From Narcine bancroftii (taxonomy: Eukaryota), in contig NC_091477.1 of assembly GCF_036971445.1 (NCBI RefSeq), positions 105,214,001 through 105,278,000 of the forward strand: a stretch of DNA of 64,000 nt, given 5' to 3'. Both the position numbers and the translations under genes were made by a program. The notes under the pieces were generated by a model that worked only from the letters and a program-made list of their open reading frames with translations, had not been told where the DNA came from and did not search any database. This document shows positions 12,943 through 25,989 of the stretch, one piece after another (the stretch's first letter is position 1; each line of letters starts with the position of its first letter).

Positions 12943-14519
12943 TTATATAAGGCAGGTGTACAAGTAGGAACATTGGTTAATGTGAGTAGAATGCACAGGA
13001 GGGAAGTCAAAGAATATATGGCCTATTTGCTCTGTTTCAAGAATGAGCAGCTGACCGATTTAAAACTCTCCACCACTTTCCTTATGTCCACCATTTAATC
13101 TCCCTTCGTGCCAGGATCAAACCCAGATTTCGTGATGGAAGGAAGAGAAACAAAGTGAGTATGCGAATCATAGGCCTCAAGTCATTTCATTAACACTGGC
13201 CTTGACACAGGTGTGTTACTTGAAACTAGGAGAAAAATTGGAAAGCCTGAAAAACTTTGTCTCCATATTGAATACAACAAATACCTCACCACAGCTGCCA
13301 GTTGACAACAGACTCTCCAATGAGGAGCAGGTACATCCATTTCACTGATCTGTAAGTAATACGTATTTTCTTAAAAGCATTATCAACGCATTCTTTTTAC
13401 ATGTAACCATTACATATAGAGTATTGTATGGTATTATTTACATTTGGGATAGAAGCCCTAACCCATTTTGAAAAGGGCCATTCACCAAAGATTTTAACAA
13501 TAATGTAAAGCTTTTATCCCTTGTAGCTGGTTATTTGATAGGTTTAACCATTTGAGTCCATTTTGCCATTAATAGCTGAGCTTCAGCTCAAACCTATTAT
13601 CATGTCTTGAAGTAGGACATGACCCTGGAATCGTTCAGAAATTGATATCTTGAAGGCTTTCCTCTTGATTAGAATTTCAACTATAATCTCTGCAAAAATT
13701 CAATCTCTTACCTATGTCCTACAAACATTTCCCATCCTTTGTGCAGATATTTGTAGCTACCTTAAAGCATCTGAGTGCTACTACCTCAGAAGCCTCATAC
13801 AGTTTCAAGTTTTAGATCTCATCTCCATAGAAATTATTTCTTGTCCTACTACAGAAATGGTCACCATGTATCTTTTGGTTATTTACCTCGTGATTCATGA
13901 GATGAACAACTTCGTTGCTGAGGTGGTATCAGGTTCTGAGCAGTTTTGTTCATTGATACCTCATATGTAATAAACTCCCATCACTTCAATCTCCACACTT
14001 TAATCTACAAGGGTTTTCTTCAGCAGTTTTCTTCAGCTCCTGAATTTGCACACCAATATTCAAATAGCTGGCATTGCAATGACCCGCACTTTATAAAAAA
14101 AATACATTCCTTAGGTGTGCCAGTCAACCAAAATTCTGAAACTTTCCATCTAAAAGCATTGCAGCTGTAAATAATACCTTCAATTTGCTGTTACATTTCA
14201 AGATCAATACCCCACAAGTATCAGGATGATTCTGAGAAAAAGCATTGGCCTCTTTTCAATGATGATGGGTTCATTTCAATCAAGATAAATGTTTTCTGCC
14301 ATGGAAAGTAATCCAAATCAAATTTCTGAGATGAGAGAAGATGCAGATAAATTCTAACTTTTTAAAGGCTTTGTGGCTGCGTACTTTCAGAAACTGAATG
14401 ATTCTACTTCATTATGTTACAAATATTAATCTGCCAAGAAAAAATAGCCTCAATAGATCACGCACCTTCATAGTGGTTTTGTAATAAAAGAACAATTGGA
14501 TCCTAGTTGGATTTAGTCT

Positions 14520-14722
14520 GTTACCCTATGCTCTTTCTCATACCCCTTTCTCTCCTCCTCCACCCCCAAACATCTTTTTATTCAGGTTCCTGCCTGGTTT
14601 TGATTTTACCTGATGAAGGGCCAGACCCGAAAAGTTGGTTACCCTTTGCTTCCTGCTTGACCTGCTGAGTTTCTCCAGCACATTTATGCATTGCACTTGA
14701 CCACAACGTCTGCAGACTTTTT
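14520..14722 (+). mobile_element. PLE 3' terminal fragment with hammerhead-like motif
   Basis: cctgatgaagggccagacccgaaa ... gacctgctgagtttctccagca ... tctgcagactt. Confidence 0.7.
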
Positions 14723-15779
14723 AAACTAGAAATATTACACTTTACCATAGGTTTAGATATTTTTAATGGTATAAAATTATTTTTTCTGGTTAAAAATTGT
14801 GCTTCTTTTCAGAAGTAAATTGGTGTGTGGGCAGATTACTATTCTATCAGTAATGATTCAAAATCCATGTATGCTTGTTTTTAAAGTTTTAACTTTCTCA
14901 TACATGTTCCAGTCTTTATTTTCTGGTTTATAAAGTCATAGTTTAAAGGCATTTTTTAAACTTATTTGCTGTCTGTAAGAAATCTTCAGACTGACTGGCT
15001 GCTCAGCCTGTTTCATCACTTTGTTCTGCTGGAGATCCATGACAACTGGCACCTGACATAAGGAAAGGAATCAGCCACATCATAAATAGCAAAACACTGC
15101 CTCTTAAACCATTATCTGCTTGTGAGGAACAGATACAAGGGGTTTAATTCACACTTCCTTAGTTGCAAAAATGACTAAACTTCAAAGGTACTTTATTGGA
15201 TAGAAAGTTTCTTTGGATAGCCTGACGTTATTACAACTGCTTTATAAACTTAATTCTTCCACTTTCGGCATCTTCCCCATACACATTATGTTCTTGAAAC
15301 TGTTGTAATGAAATCTAGCTTTGCAGTGTTATTTTAGTTTGCAAGGCCAATTAATCTCATTAGTGCTTTTTTTAAACCTCATTTTTAACCCAAGGCTTTC
15401 TCAGTAGCTCAGCTAGATATTTCAACTGAGGTTGAAATATTTGTAAAGGTTAAAACTTTGTCTTTGTGATTTGTGGTTATTTTATGACTTCCCCTTTAAG
15501 AAAGATGGTTGTTTTGTAGAGTTACTATGATGTCATATGTCGTAATATCCAAGTGTACGAGGAGATGGTTATCATTCTTCGAATAACCATGGAAGGAGAT
15601 AAACTTTCTTTGAATTCATTATTATTATTCATTTATTAATCATTTATTATCATTTTAATTTGTTTATATTTGAGTATCTTTATCATTTTTATGAAGTGCG
15701 AAGCTATGAAAATGTTTACTTTTATCAATGAAAAATTAAAGCTATTTACAGCTGCAATTACAAAGTTTGGTTTATTTGG

Positions 15780-15990
15780 ATGTATAGCAGTTAGTGCAAT
15801 GCTATTGCAGTGCCAATGACCAGGGTTTGAAACCAGCACTACCTGTAAAGAGTCGATACATTCTCCCTGTGTCTATGTGTTTACTTCACGTGTTTCTCCC
15901 ACCTTTAAAATGTATGGGGATTGTAGGTAAATTAGTGTATTTGGGGAGTATGGCTTGTGGGCCAGAAAGACTGTCTAAATTTAAATTCTT
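15780..15990 (+). mobile_element. V-SINE copy
   Basis: Homologous to 861-1080. Confidence 0.65.
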
Positions 15991-16199
15991 TGATAGCAAC
16001 GAGTATTGATGGAGACATTTTATAAGATGGAAGCCATGGACTCAAATATTTTTCTTCTCTTCTGAATAGGATGGTTTTAAAGATTCAACTGGTGTTACCA
16101 GTGCTTAGCCAGCACCTCACCAGAGGTGTATGTGCTTGAGTGAGTAAAGAGAACACACAGCTTTGATTTTATTTTTTACTGAACTGAGTAGCCCAGACT

Positions 16200-17090
16200 T
16201 AAGAACATAAGAAATAGGACCAGGATAGGCCATCCAGTCTCTCAAGCCTGCTCCACCATTCAATGTGATCATGGCTGATTTGTTGAATGGCTCATCTCCA
16301 CCCACCTGCCTTTCCCCATATCCTTTAATTCCCTTACTATGTAGAAATCTATCCAACCTTATCTTCAATATATTTCCTGAAGTTTTCTCCACTGCGTCAA
16401 TGGGAAGCGAATTCCACAGATTCACCACCCTCTGAGAAAAGCAGTTTCACCTCATCTCTATCCCAAATTTATTATCTTGAGGCTTTGTCCCCTAGTTCTG
16501 GTCTCTCCTACCAATGGAAACAACATACTCAATCTTGTCTATGCTTTTCATAATTTTATGTTTCTATAAAATTGCCTCTCGTTCTTCTAAATTCCAGTGA
16601 GTACGGTTCCAGACCACTCAATCTCTCCTCATAGGCCAACCTCTTCATCCCTGGAATCAACCTGGTGAACCTTCTCTACAATGCCTCCAAAGCCAGTACA
16701 TCCTTCTTCAATTATGGAGATCAGAACTGCACACAGTACTCCAGATTCAGTGTCACCAGTACCTTGTACAATTGCAGCTCCTAAATTCACTACCTCTAGC
16801 AATGAAGGCCAACATTCCATTTGCCTTCTTGATAGCCTACTGCCCCTATGAACCAACCTATTGCGATTCATGCACAAACACTCCCAAGACCCTCAGTATG
16901 CTGCCATTGAATGCTATTTAAATAATATTGTGATCTTCCATTCTTCCTTTCAAAGTGGATAACCTTACATTTGTCAACGTTCTACTCCATCTGCCAGAAC
17001 CTTGCCACTTACTTAACCTGTGTATATCTCTCTGCAGATTTTCCATATCCTCTGCACAATTTGCTTTTCCACTCAATTTAGTGTCATCAA
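16200..17090 (-). mobile_element. CR1 LINE 3' portion
   Basis: Tail aagaacataagaaatagg. ORF remnants DDTKLSG..LQRDIHRLSKW and VNLWNSLP..KIRLDRFL. Confidence 0.88.
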
Positions 17091-17099
17091 TATATAGAG

Positions 17100-18772
17100 G
17101 TACCAATGAGAAAGGATGCAATGCTTAATCTCCTATTAGGGAACCAGACAAGGTCAGGTGACAGAAATATGTGTAGGTGAACATTTTGGGTTCAGTAACC
17201 ATAATGTCATTAGTTTCAAGTTAATTATAGATATGGAACAGTCGGTCATTGAGTTGAGATTCTAAATTGGAGAAAGGCCAATTTTGTGGAAATGAGAACA
17301 GATCTAGGAAGCGTGGATTGGGATGTTGTTTTTCTGGCAAGTATGTGTTCAGTAAGTGGAAGGCCTTCAAAAGCAAAATTTTGTAAGTGCAGAGTTTGCA
17401 TTGTTTCTGTCAGGATTTAAGGCAAAGTTAACAGGCATAGGGAACCTTGGTTTTCAAGGGATATTAGCAATCTGGTAAAGAGGAAGAGGGAGGTGTATAG
17501 CAGGTATAGGCAACAAGGAGCAAATGAGGTTCTAGAAGTGTGTAGAAAATGTAAGAAAATACTTAAAAGGAAATCAGGAAGGCAAAAAGAAGACATGAGG
17601 CTACTTTGGCAGAAAAAATGAAGGAAAACCCGAAGGGTTTCTACAAGTATGTTAAGAGTAAAAGGATAGCAAGGGACAAACTTGGTCGCTTAGAAGATCA
17701 GAGTGGTCATCTATGTGTGGAGCTTAACTAGATGGGGAAGATCTTAAACAGTTTTTTTTGCATCAATATTTACTCAAGAAACTGGAATGGTGTACAAGAA
17801 GTTTTGTATTTTACTCCTATCAACCCCATACATTTGGCGTTTAACGATCTGGGGAAGAGGGGACAGAGTGTAAATTTGCCGCTGATACTACATTGAGAGG
17901 AAAAGCAAATTTTGCAGAGGGTATGGAGAGTCTTCAGGGAGATAGAGATAGTTAAGTGAGTGGCAAGGTTCTGGCAGATGGAGTACAGTGTTGATAAATG
18001 TAAGGTTTTCACTTTGGATAGGAAAGTAGAAGATCAGATCATTATTTAAATGGTAGCAATTGCCACATGCTGCTGTTCGTAAGGACTTGGGAGTGCTTGA
18101 ACATGAATCGCAAAAGGTTGGTTTGCACGTGCAGCAGACTATCAAGAAGACACATGGAATGTTGTCCTTCATTGGTGGAGGGATTGAACTTAAAAGCAGG
18201 GAGATTATGCTGCAATTGTACAGGGTACTGGTGAGGCAGCATCTGGTCTCCTTGCTTGAGGAACGATATACTTGTTTTGGAGGCAGTGCAGAGGAAGTTC
18301 ACCAGTTTGATTCTAGAGTTGAGGGTGTTAGCCTTTGAGGAGAGATTGAATCATCTGGGACTTTACTCGTTGGAATTCAGAAGAATGAGAGGGGATCTTG
18401 TAGAAACATATAATGTTATGAAAAGTATAGGTAAAATAGAGATTAAGGTTAGGGTTTCCACTGGTAGGTGAGACTAGAACTAGGAGGACATAGCCTCAAT
18501 ATTCAGGGTAGTAAATTTAGGATGGAGATGAGGAGATTCTACATTTCCCAGAGAGTGCTGAATCTATGGAATTCTCTGCCCTTTGAAGCAGTGGTGGTGA
18601 CCTTAGAATATATTTAAGACAAGATTGGATAGATTTTTACATAGTAGGGAAATAGGGAAAAGGCAGGTAGGAGGAGATGAGCCTGTCATCAGATCAGCCA
18701 TGATCTCATTGAATGGTGGAGCAAGTTTGATGGGCCAGATGGCCTACTCCTGCTCCTATTTCTTATGTTCTT
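17100..18772 (+). mobile_element. CR1 LINE pieces (post-endonuclease region plus 3' portion)
   Basis: KDLGVL..IELKSREIMLQLYRVLVRQHL and LEAVQRKFT..LGLYSLEFRRMRGDL. Tail cctatttcttatgttctt. Confidence 0.88.
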
Positions 18773-18971
18773 TTTTCAGATGAAGTGGTTCTCAAAGCTT
18801 ATAGGAGGTATTGCTGTCCTTTTGTCAGACCGAAAGGCAGCAGGTAACTCCAGAGCCATGAGTAGCAAATTTGAGGTAATATGCTATTCATCGGAACAGT
18901 TCATCTCACAATTGATATTTCCTTTGTTATTCTGCAGATTTTTCTTCATATTAAACCTATTAAATCTAGAT

Positions 18972-19338
18972 CTGTGGTTCTCAACCTTTTTCTTTCCACT
19001 CACATACCACTTTAAGTATTCCCTGTGCCATAGTACTCTGATTAGTAAGGGGTTGCTTAAAGTGGCATGTGAGTGAAAAGAAAAAGGTTGAAAACCACTG
19101 TTTTAACCTAATGGACTCATTATGTGCATGGTTTCATAACTCCAAAGGAAATGGGCCAATAGCCATTTTTCTCAAGCAAAATATTTCAGTAACAATTGGG
19201 GCTAGAGCAGTGATTCTCAACCTTCCCTTCTCACTCCTATACCACCTTAAGCAATCCCTTACTAATCACAGAGCACTTATGGCATAGGGATTACTTAAAG
19301 TGGTATGTGAGTGGAAAGAAAAAAGTTGAGAGCCACTA
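18972..19338. mobile_element. Composite hAT/Charlie-type MITE (two inverted ~130-bp units plus spacer)
   Basis: c(a/t)gtg(g/a)ttctcaacc termini at 18972, 19100, 19208 and 19338. TCTAG-type target flanks (atctagat / gtctaggt). Confidence 0.8.
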
Positions 19339-19885
19339 GTCTAGGTTATAATTTGAAGTAATATGTTGTGAAATATTTAATAAATCTACCAAACAAATTA
19401 GGCAATTTTCCATTTCACTCTCTAAGATTTCATTGTGCTGTTACCACTTGATGTTTGTTCTGGCAATGTAGAGATTATGTATGATACTTGATGGGATACT
19501 CACAACAAAGCAAAAAGCAATGGAACTCATACCAACAGCAATAGAAAATTGAGCTGAAGATGGTGTCTTGGGTCTACTGTAATTCATGAAGTACAGGATC
19601 ATATAATTTCATCTGAACGGAACATTCGTCAAATATTTTCAAGTGGGACAAGTAATGAACTGATAAGTATGTGGAATGAAATATGTCAGGAAATATAATG
19701 GCAAATCCATCAGATTTTTTATAATATTGCGATTTGTTTTGTTTTCCAATGTCTTTTGTGACCATCAACTTTTATATCTTTATTTAGCTCTGAAAGTTTT
19801 TCAAAAATATTCAGGATGATGGGTATTTAAATCATCTTAATCATTATAAGTGATCATCAGGTGAGCTCCTATTTATTTAAGCAGG

Positions 19886-20090
19886 TGGCACGGTTAGTGT
19901 AGCAGTTAGTGCAAAACTATTACAGCGCCAGCGACCCGGATTTGAATCTGCCATTGCCTGTAAGAAGTCTGTGTGTTCTTCTCGTGTCTGTGTGGGTTTT
20001 CTCCAGGTTCTCTGGATTCCTCCCACCCTTCAAAAATATATGGGTATTGTAGGTTAATTGGTATATTTGTAGGGTATTGGTTCATTGGTC
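19886..20090 (+). mobile_element. V-SINE copy
   Basis: ggtggcacggttagtgtagc...ggatttgaatc...gtgtgggttttctcc. Confidence 0.75.
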
Positions 20091-22921
20091 AAAGCAAAAC
20101 AAAAGTTGAAATAAATTCTTCTATTTAGCAATGAAACATTAGCCACTATTTACAAAGATGATGTTGACATAGAAAGCAAGTTTGATTTTTTTTAATGTAC
20201 TTAGTACTCTGGTGACTGCAAGTGAAAGTAAATTCAGAGCAGCCAGTAGCATTTCACTTAAAATCATTACAATAATGAATTGAATTTGTGTAAATCATTT
20301 AACTTGTTGATATTTGAAATATGAATAATTAAGATTTTCCTGTAAATCCGTATCCTGTTTTTAAAGCAAAGTTCTCAATGAATTCAAAATAAGAAATCAG
20401 AACATAAAACTGGAAATGCTGAAAATCTGAAGTAAGAACAGATCACTGGAAATAAGTAGTCATGGATCTGAAACATCAGCCTAACCTCACTGTATTTTCT
20501 GTACATTTATTGGAATGAATTTTCTATTGGGTAGCTGATAGAGGACAGGAATTGTGTCATAGTTCTGGCTTCCTTGAAAATATGGCAAAGCGACAAGGTG
20601 GTCTAGTTAATGTGAAAGTAAGGCAAACACAAAAAGTATAATATATTTACTTCTGTGGCTGTTGATGTTGAGAGTTTCATAATTTATCAAATCTTAGATG
20701 GAGCAGATGTTGTTAATCTACTGTAAACACTTCTATTGTCTTCTATGGGCAGAAATTCATAATCACTGAAGATTTTTGCAATGCTTTTGTTAAGTATTGC
20801 AATCTTCCACTTTCTAAAGTATTGAGGCTTAATCTTCCATTTGTTCTCTCCTGTTTTCTGGCAGCTGTGATTGATTGGTGACCAAAAAAATGAAACTGGA
20901 CTTCGTGATTTGATTTGCAAATCAATCAGATGACATGATTATTGCAGTCTTTTGTTGGCTTGTGGCAATTTTATCTGTGTTTTTCACCATATCTTGGAAC
21001 GCTGACAATAAACAATTAAGTTTAATATTTGGCTTGCAATAGATTTTGTATGAGCGAACTGTGGGTCAATAATATTACATTTGATTCTGAGTTCTTTAAG
21101 GGTTAGCCTTGTGTTACCCATTTCTTTTTAGTGACTCATGTTTCCATGGCAGCAGATTGCAAGGTAACTTGTTACTTGTAAACTTCTACTCACCTTCTAT
21201 GTTTTGGTTCCTACAATTTTCAAACTTCATTCATAGTATATTCATGGTATATGAGCATCATTCGCAAAGCCAACGCTGCAAATTCACAGCAATTTCCAGC
21301 TTCTCATTCTTTGCCCAATTCAATTCTTATTTGACTTTGAAAAAGGATGGATATTTAAGGAATAAAATGAAATCTGAAATTATTTTTTAAACATATTTCC
21401 AGGTACCCAAGAATAGAATGATCTTAATTACATTCATACTATGGATTTACACTTAAACAATAATTATTTGAAGATTATAATGAAAGAAATGCGAAAGTGC
21501 ATGGAAATACAATTTAAAATCAGTACCATAAACATGATTGTGAACTATAAACAAAGATCGAAATCTGCACATTCAAGAACTTCAGAACATTTCCCTGTAG
21601 AGTAATCCAAAATGGAGAGAAATAGCAATAACATGCTCTGGAAAACAAATTTAAAAAAAAGGATTTCATAAAAATCACAATAATGAAACCTTTCCACATC
21701 TTAACGCCAATAAACTGGAATGATTTCTGAAGGCCATCATTTCAAGAATTCTGCCAGGCTGACACTTATCAAACTTTTGAACAGCAATAATCACAGTTCA
21801 GGAAATCTACAGGTACTTTGCAACAATATCGTGCAGTACTGATGAATATACTTAAGAATTCAAGTTGAATTTTTTTTTAATTTCTGCAACTTATTGGCAA
21901 TTGTTCCTTGCAGACTTATCATTACTTTGGCCCAGCTACATTAAGAGGTAAATTTGTCACAATTTTAGTAAACCATCAGAAAGTTGAAAAAGCTATTATT
22001 CAATAGTTGTATTATCCAACATTTAAATAAGCCAAATTAAAAACATAATTGTACTGTTAAATCTGTCATTAAACGTTAGATTAAATGCACAACATAAACT
22101 CTAATTGTGTTTCCATAAAATAAATTTTCTTAGGTTTAAAAATGAAATGAAAGAGCTAAGACGACAGCAGTCCTCTGAACATTTAAAAATTAATGTGCAA
22201 TTTAATCTTAAACCGATAAAAGGTAGTAGGACCAATACCACTAGATTAGTAATGTTAGGGGACAGCGGTAGACCAGTAATCCAAAAGCCTGAAGTCATGA
22301 TGAAATTGCACCTCAGCAGCTGGATTCCATTATGCAAGTGTCTTGCTCTATTATTGCTACATAGGTAGTTTTAACATCTTCATGCAATAGTTTTGTATAT
22401 AATATTGGTTAGATAATTCTACATGGAAATTTGAAACTTTATTTATAATCAGCTTGATTCTGAAGGATTCATTCAGTTTTATAGTCTGGCATGGCATGTT
22501 ACTAACTTCTAATAGTAACACTCTAGAATAAGGTGTGATTTTGATTTGTAGATGACTATTGTTCAAAATTTACAGTATAGTTAAATTATCATTTTGTCAA
22601 CTTGTAATACTGCGAATGGAAGAAATTATGTTATCAAGAAAATCTTCAAGTAGCAATTACATTTAATTAATGTTCTGTAATTTCTAAACAACCTAAATAA
22701 TAGATGTCAAATATTTGAAAATTTCATATTTTAACCATTTAAAAACTCCATGCATTTCAAATACTTGTTAATACTTGTAATTAAAATCTCACAGATTTAA
22801 TTCCATGCCTTACTAATGCCTGAATATTTGTAATTTAGTAGTTTATATGTGTAATAAAAATCTCATACAGAGATATAATTGCAAAGTGTAGCATAATGTG
22901 TTCTTTATTCTTCCTTCGCAG

Positions 22922-22961
22922 AGACAATTCAAGCTTTCGAAATACAAAAATCACTTTATGA
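22922..22961 (+). CDS. EIF4E2: EIF4E2 terminal coding exon
   Basis: Polypyrimidine tract, then cgcag|A GAC AAT TCA AGC TTT CGA AAT ACA AAA ATC ACT TTA TGA = (K)DNSSFRNTKITL*. Matches a vertebrate EIF4E2 isoform C-terminus as I recall it; phase 2 fits. Confidence 0.92.
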
Positions 22962-23460
22962 GATCTGCATTGCACTCATTTGTTTATTTGGAAGGTATGG
23001 CATGCTTTATTCTAAAGAAATTAACACAATTTTGAAAAAATACAAATAGGACAGTGTTTCGTGTTAATCCCTGACAATGGGATATTGTTATTTCAGGGAA
23101 GAATTACTCTATTTTTGGTTATTTTCTCAGAAAAAAATAGCATATTTTTAAAGTCAGAATGGGACTGTTATGTAATGTATACTGCTTCAATGCATTTCTG
23201 CTACCTTAGTTTTAATAATTGTGAATATTGTAAATGTTGTTTTGTGAATATATTGTGGTAGACTTAAAATCATTTAGTCTGTTGGCTATAAATAAATGGT
23301 TTTGCCCAATTTCTGACATTCCATTGTCATTGATCTTTATCATTTATTTTCACTTTTTACTTTAATTTTAATGAAAAAAATACTACAACTTTTTTTTCAT
23401 GGAGTTTATGTTTAGATCAGAAAGAATATTGCATTATTTATCTGTCTTGTGCTATTTTCC

Positions 23461-23500
23461 AATAAAGAACACTTTATGACTGAAATCTGTGTTGTGTATT
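23461..23500 (+). terminator. Probable EIF4E2 polyadenylation signal
   Basis: AATAAA at 23461-23466 with GT-rich downstream element (ctgtgttgtgt). A second AATAAA lies at 23291. Confidence 0.6.
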
Positions 23501-23588
23501 AAATCTGACCCTTCTCTTTGTTTTGAATTAACAAATTGTCTTGGGTAAACTTATACCTCTCATTTTGTTCGTTTTAGATTGGTCACAG

Positions 23589-24462
23589 TGTTTGAGCTAC
23601 CAAAAGAAAATAGACACACACACCGAGAGCAGTTCAGTTTATACAAATGTTTATTACAAATTTAAAAGCTGATTTCAAACTACAATATACAAACCCTTCC
23701 CAACTATACTTATCAACGCCTGGACTGGTCCCAACTGCCGAAGTGAGGCAACAACTGCACACTTTTTAGTAGGTTGTCAGGGCGCCAGTAGCAGCTTCTC
23801 CACCTCCCCCGACCGGGACGTTGGCTGGACTCTAGAAGTTCTTCTTGCTGAGAGATTTTGCCACCTCTCGGAGAGTCTCAAACTTCAGCAGCGGGACCAT
23901 GGCTTATATTACCCAAAAACTGCTTACCCAAGCACCTATTCCCAGCACAGCAAGAAAGATAAGCGAGCAAGCTAGCATGCTCAGCTTCAATCGAATAACA
24001 TAATTTTCAGCTTATCACTTTGAATACAATGGTTTATTTTGCATCAAGTCTAGGCCTCTGACAGTCTGTGACCAAAACAAGCAGGAAGATTAAATGTTCT
24101 TGGTACACAGGTGTCCTTTCGTCAGATAACTGCATCTCTGGCCCCTCGGTGGAATTTAGCTTATGTCTGCTGATTCTAAAACACAAGCAGGTTCTCAGCC
24201 TTGCAAAACCAAAGGCTGCAAAAGTGAAAAACACAGTTAGAATCTTCCATTACATTCCACCCCTTGGTCACAGGCTGTCAGACACGAGACTAAACAAGCA
24301 TAAGAGTACAAAAAGAGCGTAAAAGAGAAACTAAAACTACAATAATCACAAAAACAAGCAATAATGCGAGCAACCAACGGAGAATAGTGTGGCCCAATCC
24401 ACAAACAAAATATAGGAACCAAGACTGGCAATAGCATATTAAATATAAGCTGCAGTTGAGGC
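23589..24462 (-). mobile_element. ERV-like 3' end: LTR (23589-24254), PPT and env-like TM remnant
   Basis: TG...CA LTR ends. Purine tract aaggggtggaa abuts the LTR on -. TATA-like site near 23905 and AATAAA near 23652 on -. Hydrophobic ORF 24290-24475 (ILRWLLALLLVFVIIVVLVSLL). Confidence 0.65.
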
Positions 24463-24640
24463 GGGCCAATGGCAATTTTTCTCAAGCAAAATATTTCAGT
24501 AAGAATTGGGTCTAGAGCAGTGGTTCTCAGCCTTCCCTTTCCACTCATATCCCACCTTAAGCAATCCCTTACTAATCACTTATGGCCGAGGGATTACTTA
24601 AAGTGGAATGTGAGTTTAGGGGGTTAGTTTGAAAACTATT
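24463..24640. mobile_element. Partial second copy of the composite hAT MITE
   Basis: Homologous to 19153-19338, including spacer sequence. Confidence 0.8.
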
Positions 24641-24904
24641 ATTCTACATCCTTGTGGAATCCTTAAAACCTACCCACAGAACGCATACTGGTTCTTCCTC
24701 ATTTATTTGTCATATTCTCAAAGAGCTTCAGCAGATTAGTCAACTTGATTTTCCTTTCTAGGCATTCTGTTACTGCATTTTTCATCATTTTCCCTTCTTC
24801 AGTGTTTGGCTAACAGTTCTGTTTCCTTCTTTCCTAGGATCATTCTTGCCATCCTTTATTCTGTAAGAAATGTACCTGACTTTTTGAACTTTGGATAGTG
24901 ATTG

Positions 24905-25370
24905 TCAGAATCAGAATTTATTGTCATGAACAAGTCACAAAACAGGTCATTTTGAGGCAGAATTGCAGTGCAAACATTCAAATAAACTGCTTTAAATGAC
25001 AATAGTGAATAAAAAGTCAAGGCAATGTCTTTGGTTCACTCATCTGATGGCAGCAGGGAAGAAGCTGTCCTTGTGCCGCCGAGTGCTCATCTTCAGGCTC
25101 CTGTACCTTTTTCCAGATGATGGCAGAGTGAAGAGAGCAAAGTCTGGGCGGTGGGGGTCCTTGAGGATAGAGGCTGCTTTCTTAAGAGATCACCTCTTGT
25201 AAATATCCCCAATGAAGTGTGGTGTCCGTGATGTCGCAGGCCGAGTTAACAACCCTCTGGAGTTTTTCCTTGTCTTGAGCATTGGCACCTCCAGACCAGG
25301 CAATGATGTAACCAGCCAGCATCCTCTCCAAGAACAGCTGTAGATGATTTTGAGAGTCATTGGTGACAAA
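24905..25370 (-). mobile_element. Rex/Babar-like LINE 3' end
   Basis: Tail cagaatcagaatttattg. Related copies at ~26130-26490, 28790-28972 (+), 47137-47340 and 49563-50030. Family assignment from recognition only. Confidence 0.55.
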
Positions 25371-25989
25371 TCTATCTCACACTTGAATGTCTGACCCCGA
25401 GGACAATGGAGGCTCAGTTACTGAATATACATATTTATCACATGATTTTTAGATATTAAGGAATTCAAAGGACATTGGAAAGTGGCTCTGAGGTAAAAGA
25501 TCATTGGTCATTTTGATGCATGGTGGAGCAGGCATGAAGAATAAAAATCCTCCTGTTGCTTCTATTTCTTATGTTAATGAAGCTTGAATGTATTCTGTGA
25601 TAGACGTGTTTTTTTCTCTCTTAGTTAATGTATATAAACTGTTTCTTTTATTCATCATGTTGCAGCCTCGCAGTTGTTCGCATCCTTTCTGCATTGGTCC
25701 ATACAGAAGAGAATTGCAAAGTATTTGTTAATTTCTTTATTATGTTTTTTTGACAGCCTTTTCAAATTGACAAACCCATCATGTCGATCACTACAGCTTA
25801 CATTTCCCAGACAGTTTTGTTCTGTTTCCAAATGACTGAGTTTTTCCAATTCTCTGGACACATTATCTAAATCTATAGAAGCTTTATCTCTACTACTTAG
25901 TACTAATATGCATACTATAAAAAATGAACCTGGCTTCTCTCTCAGATTTCTTTTCTAAATTATTCATTAAATCAATAATGCTAATACTA

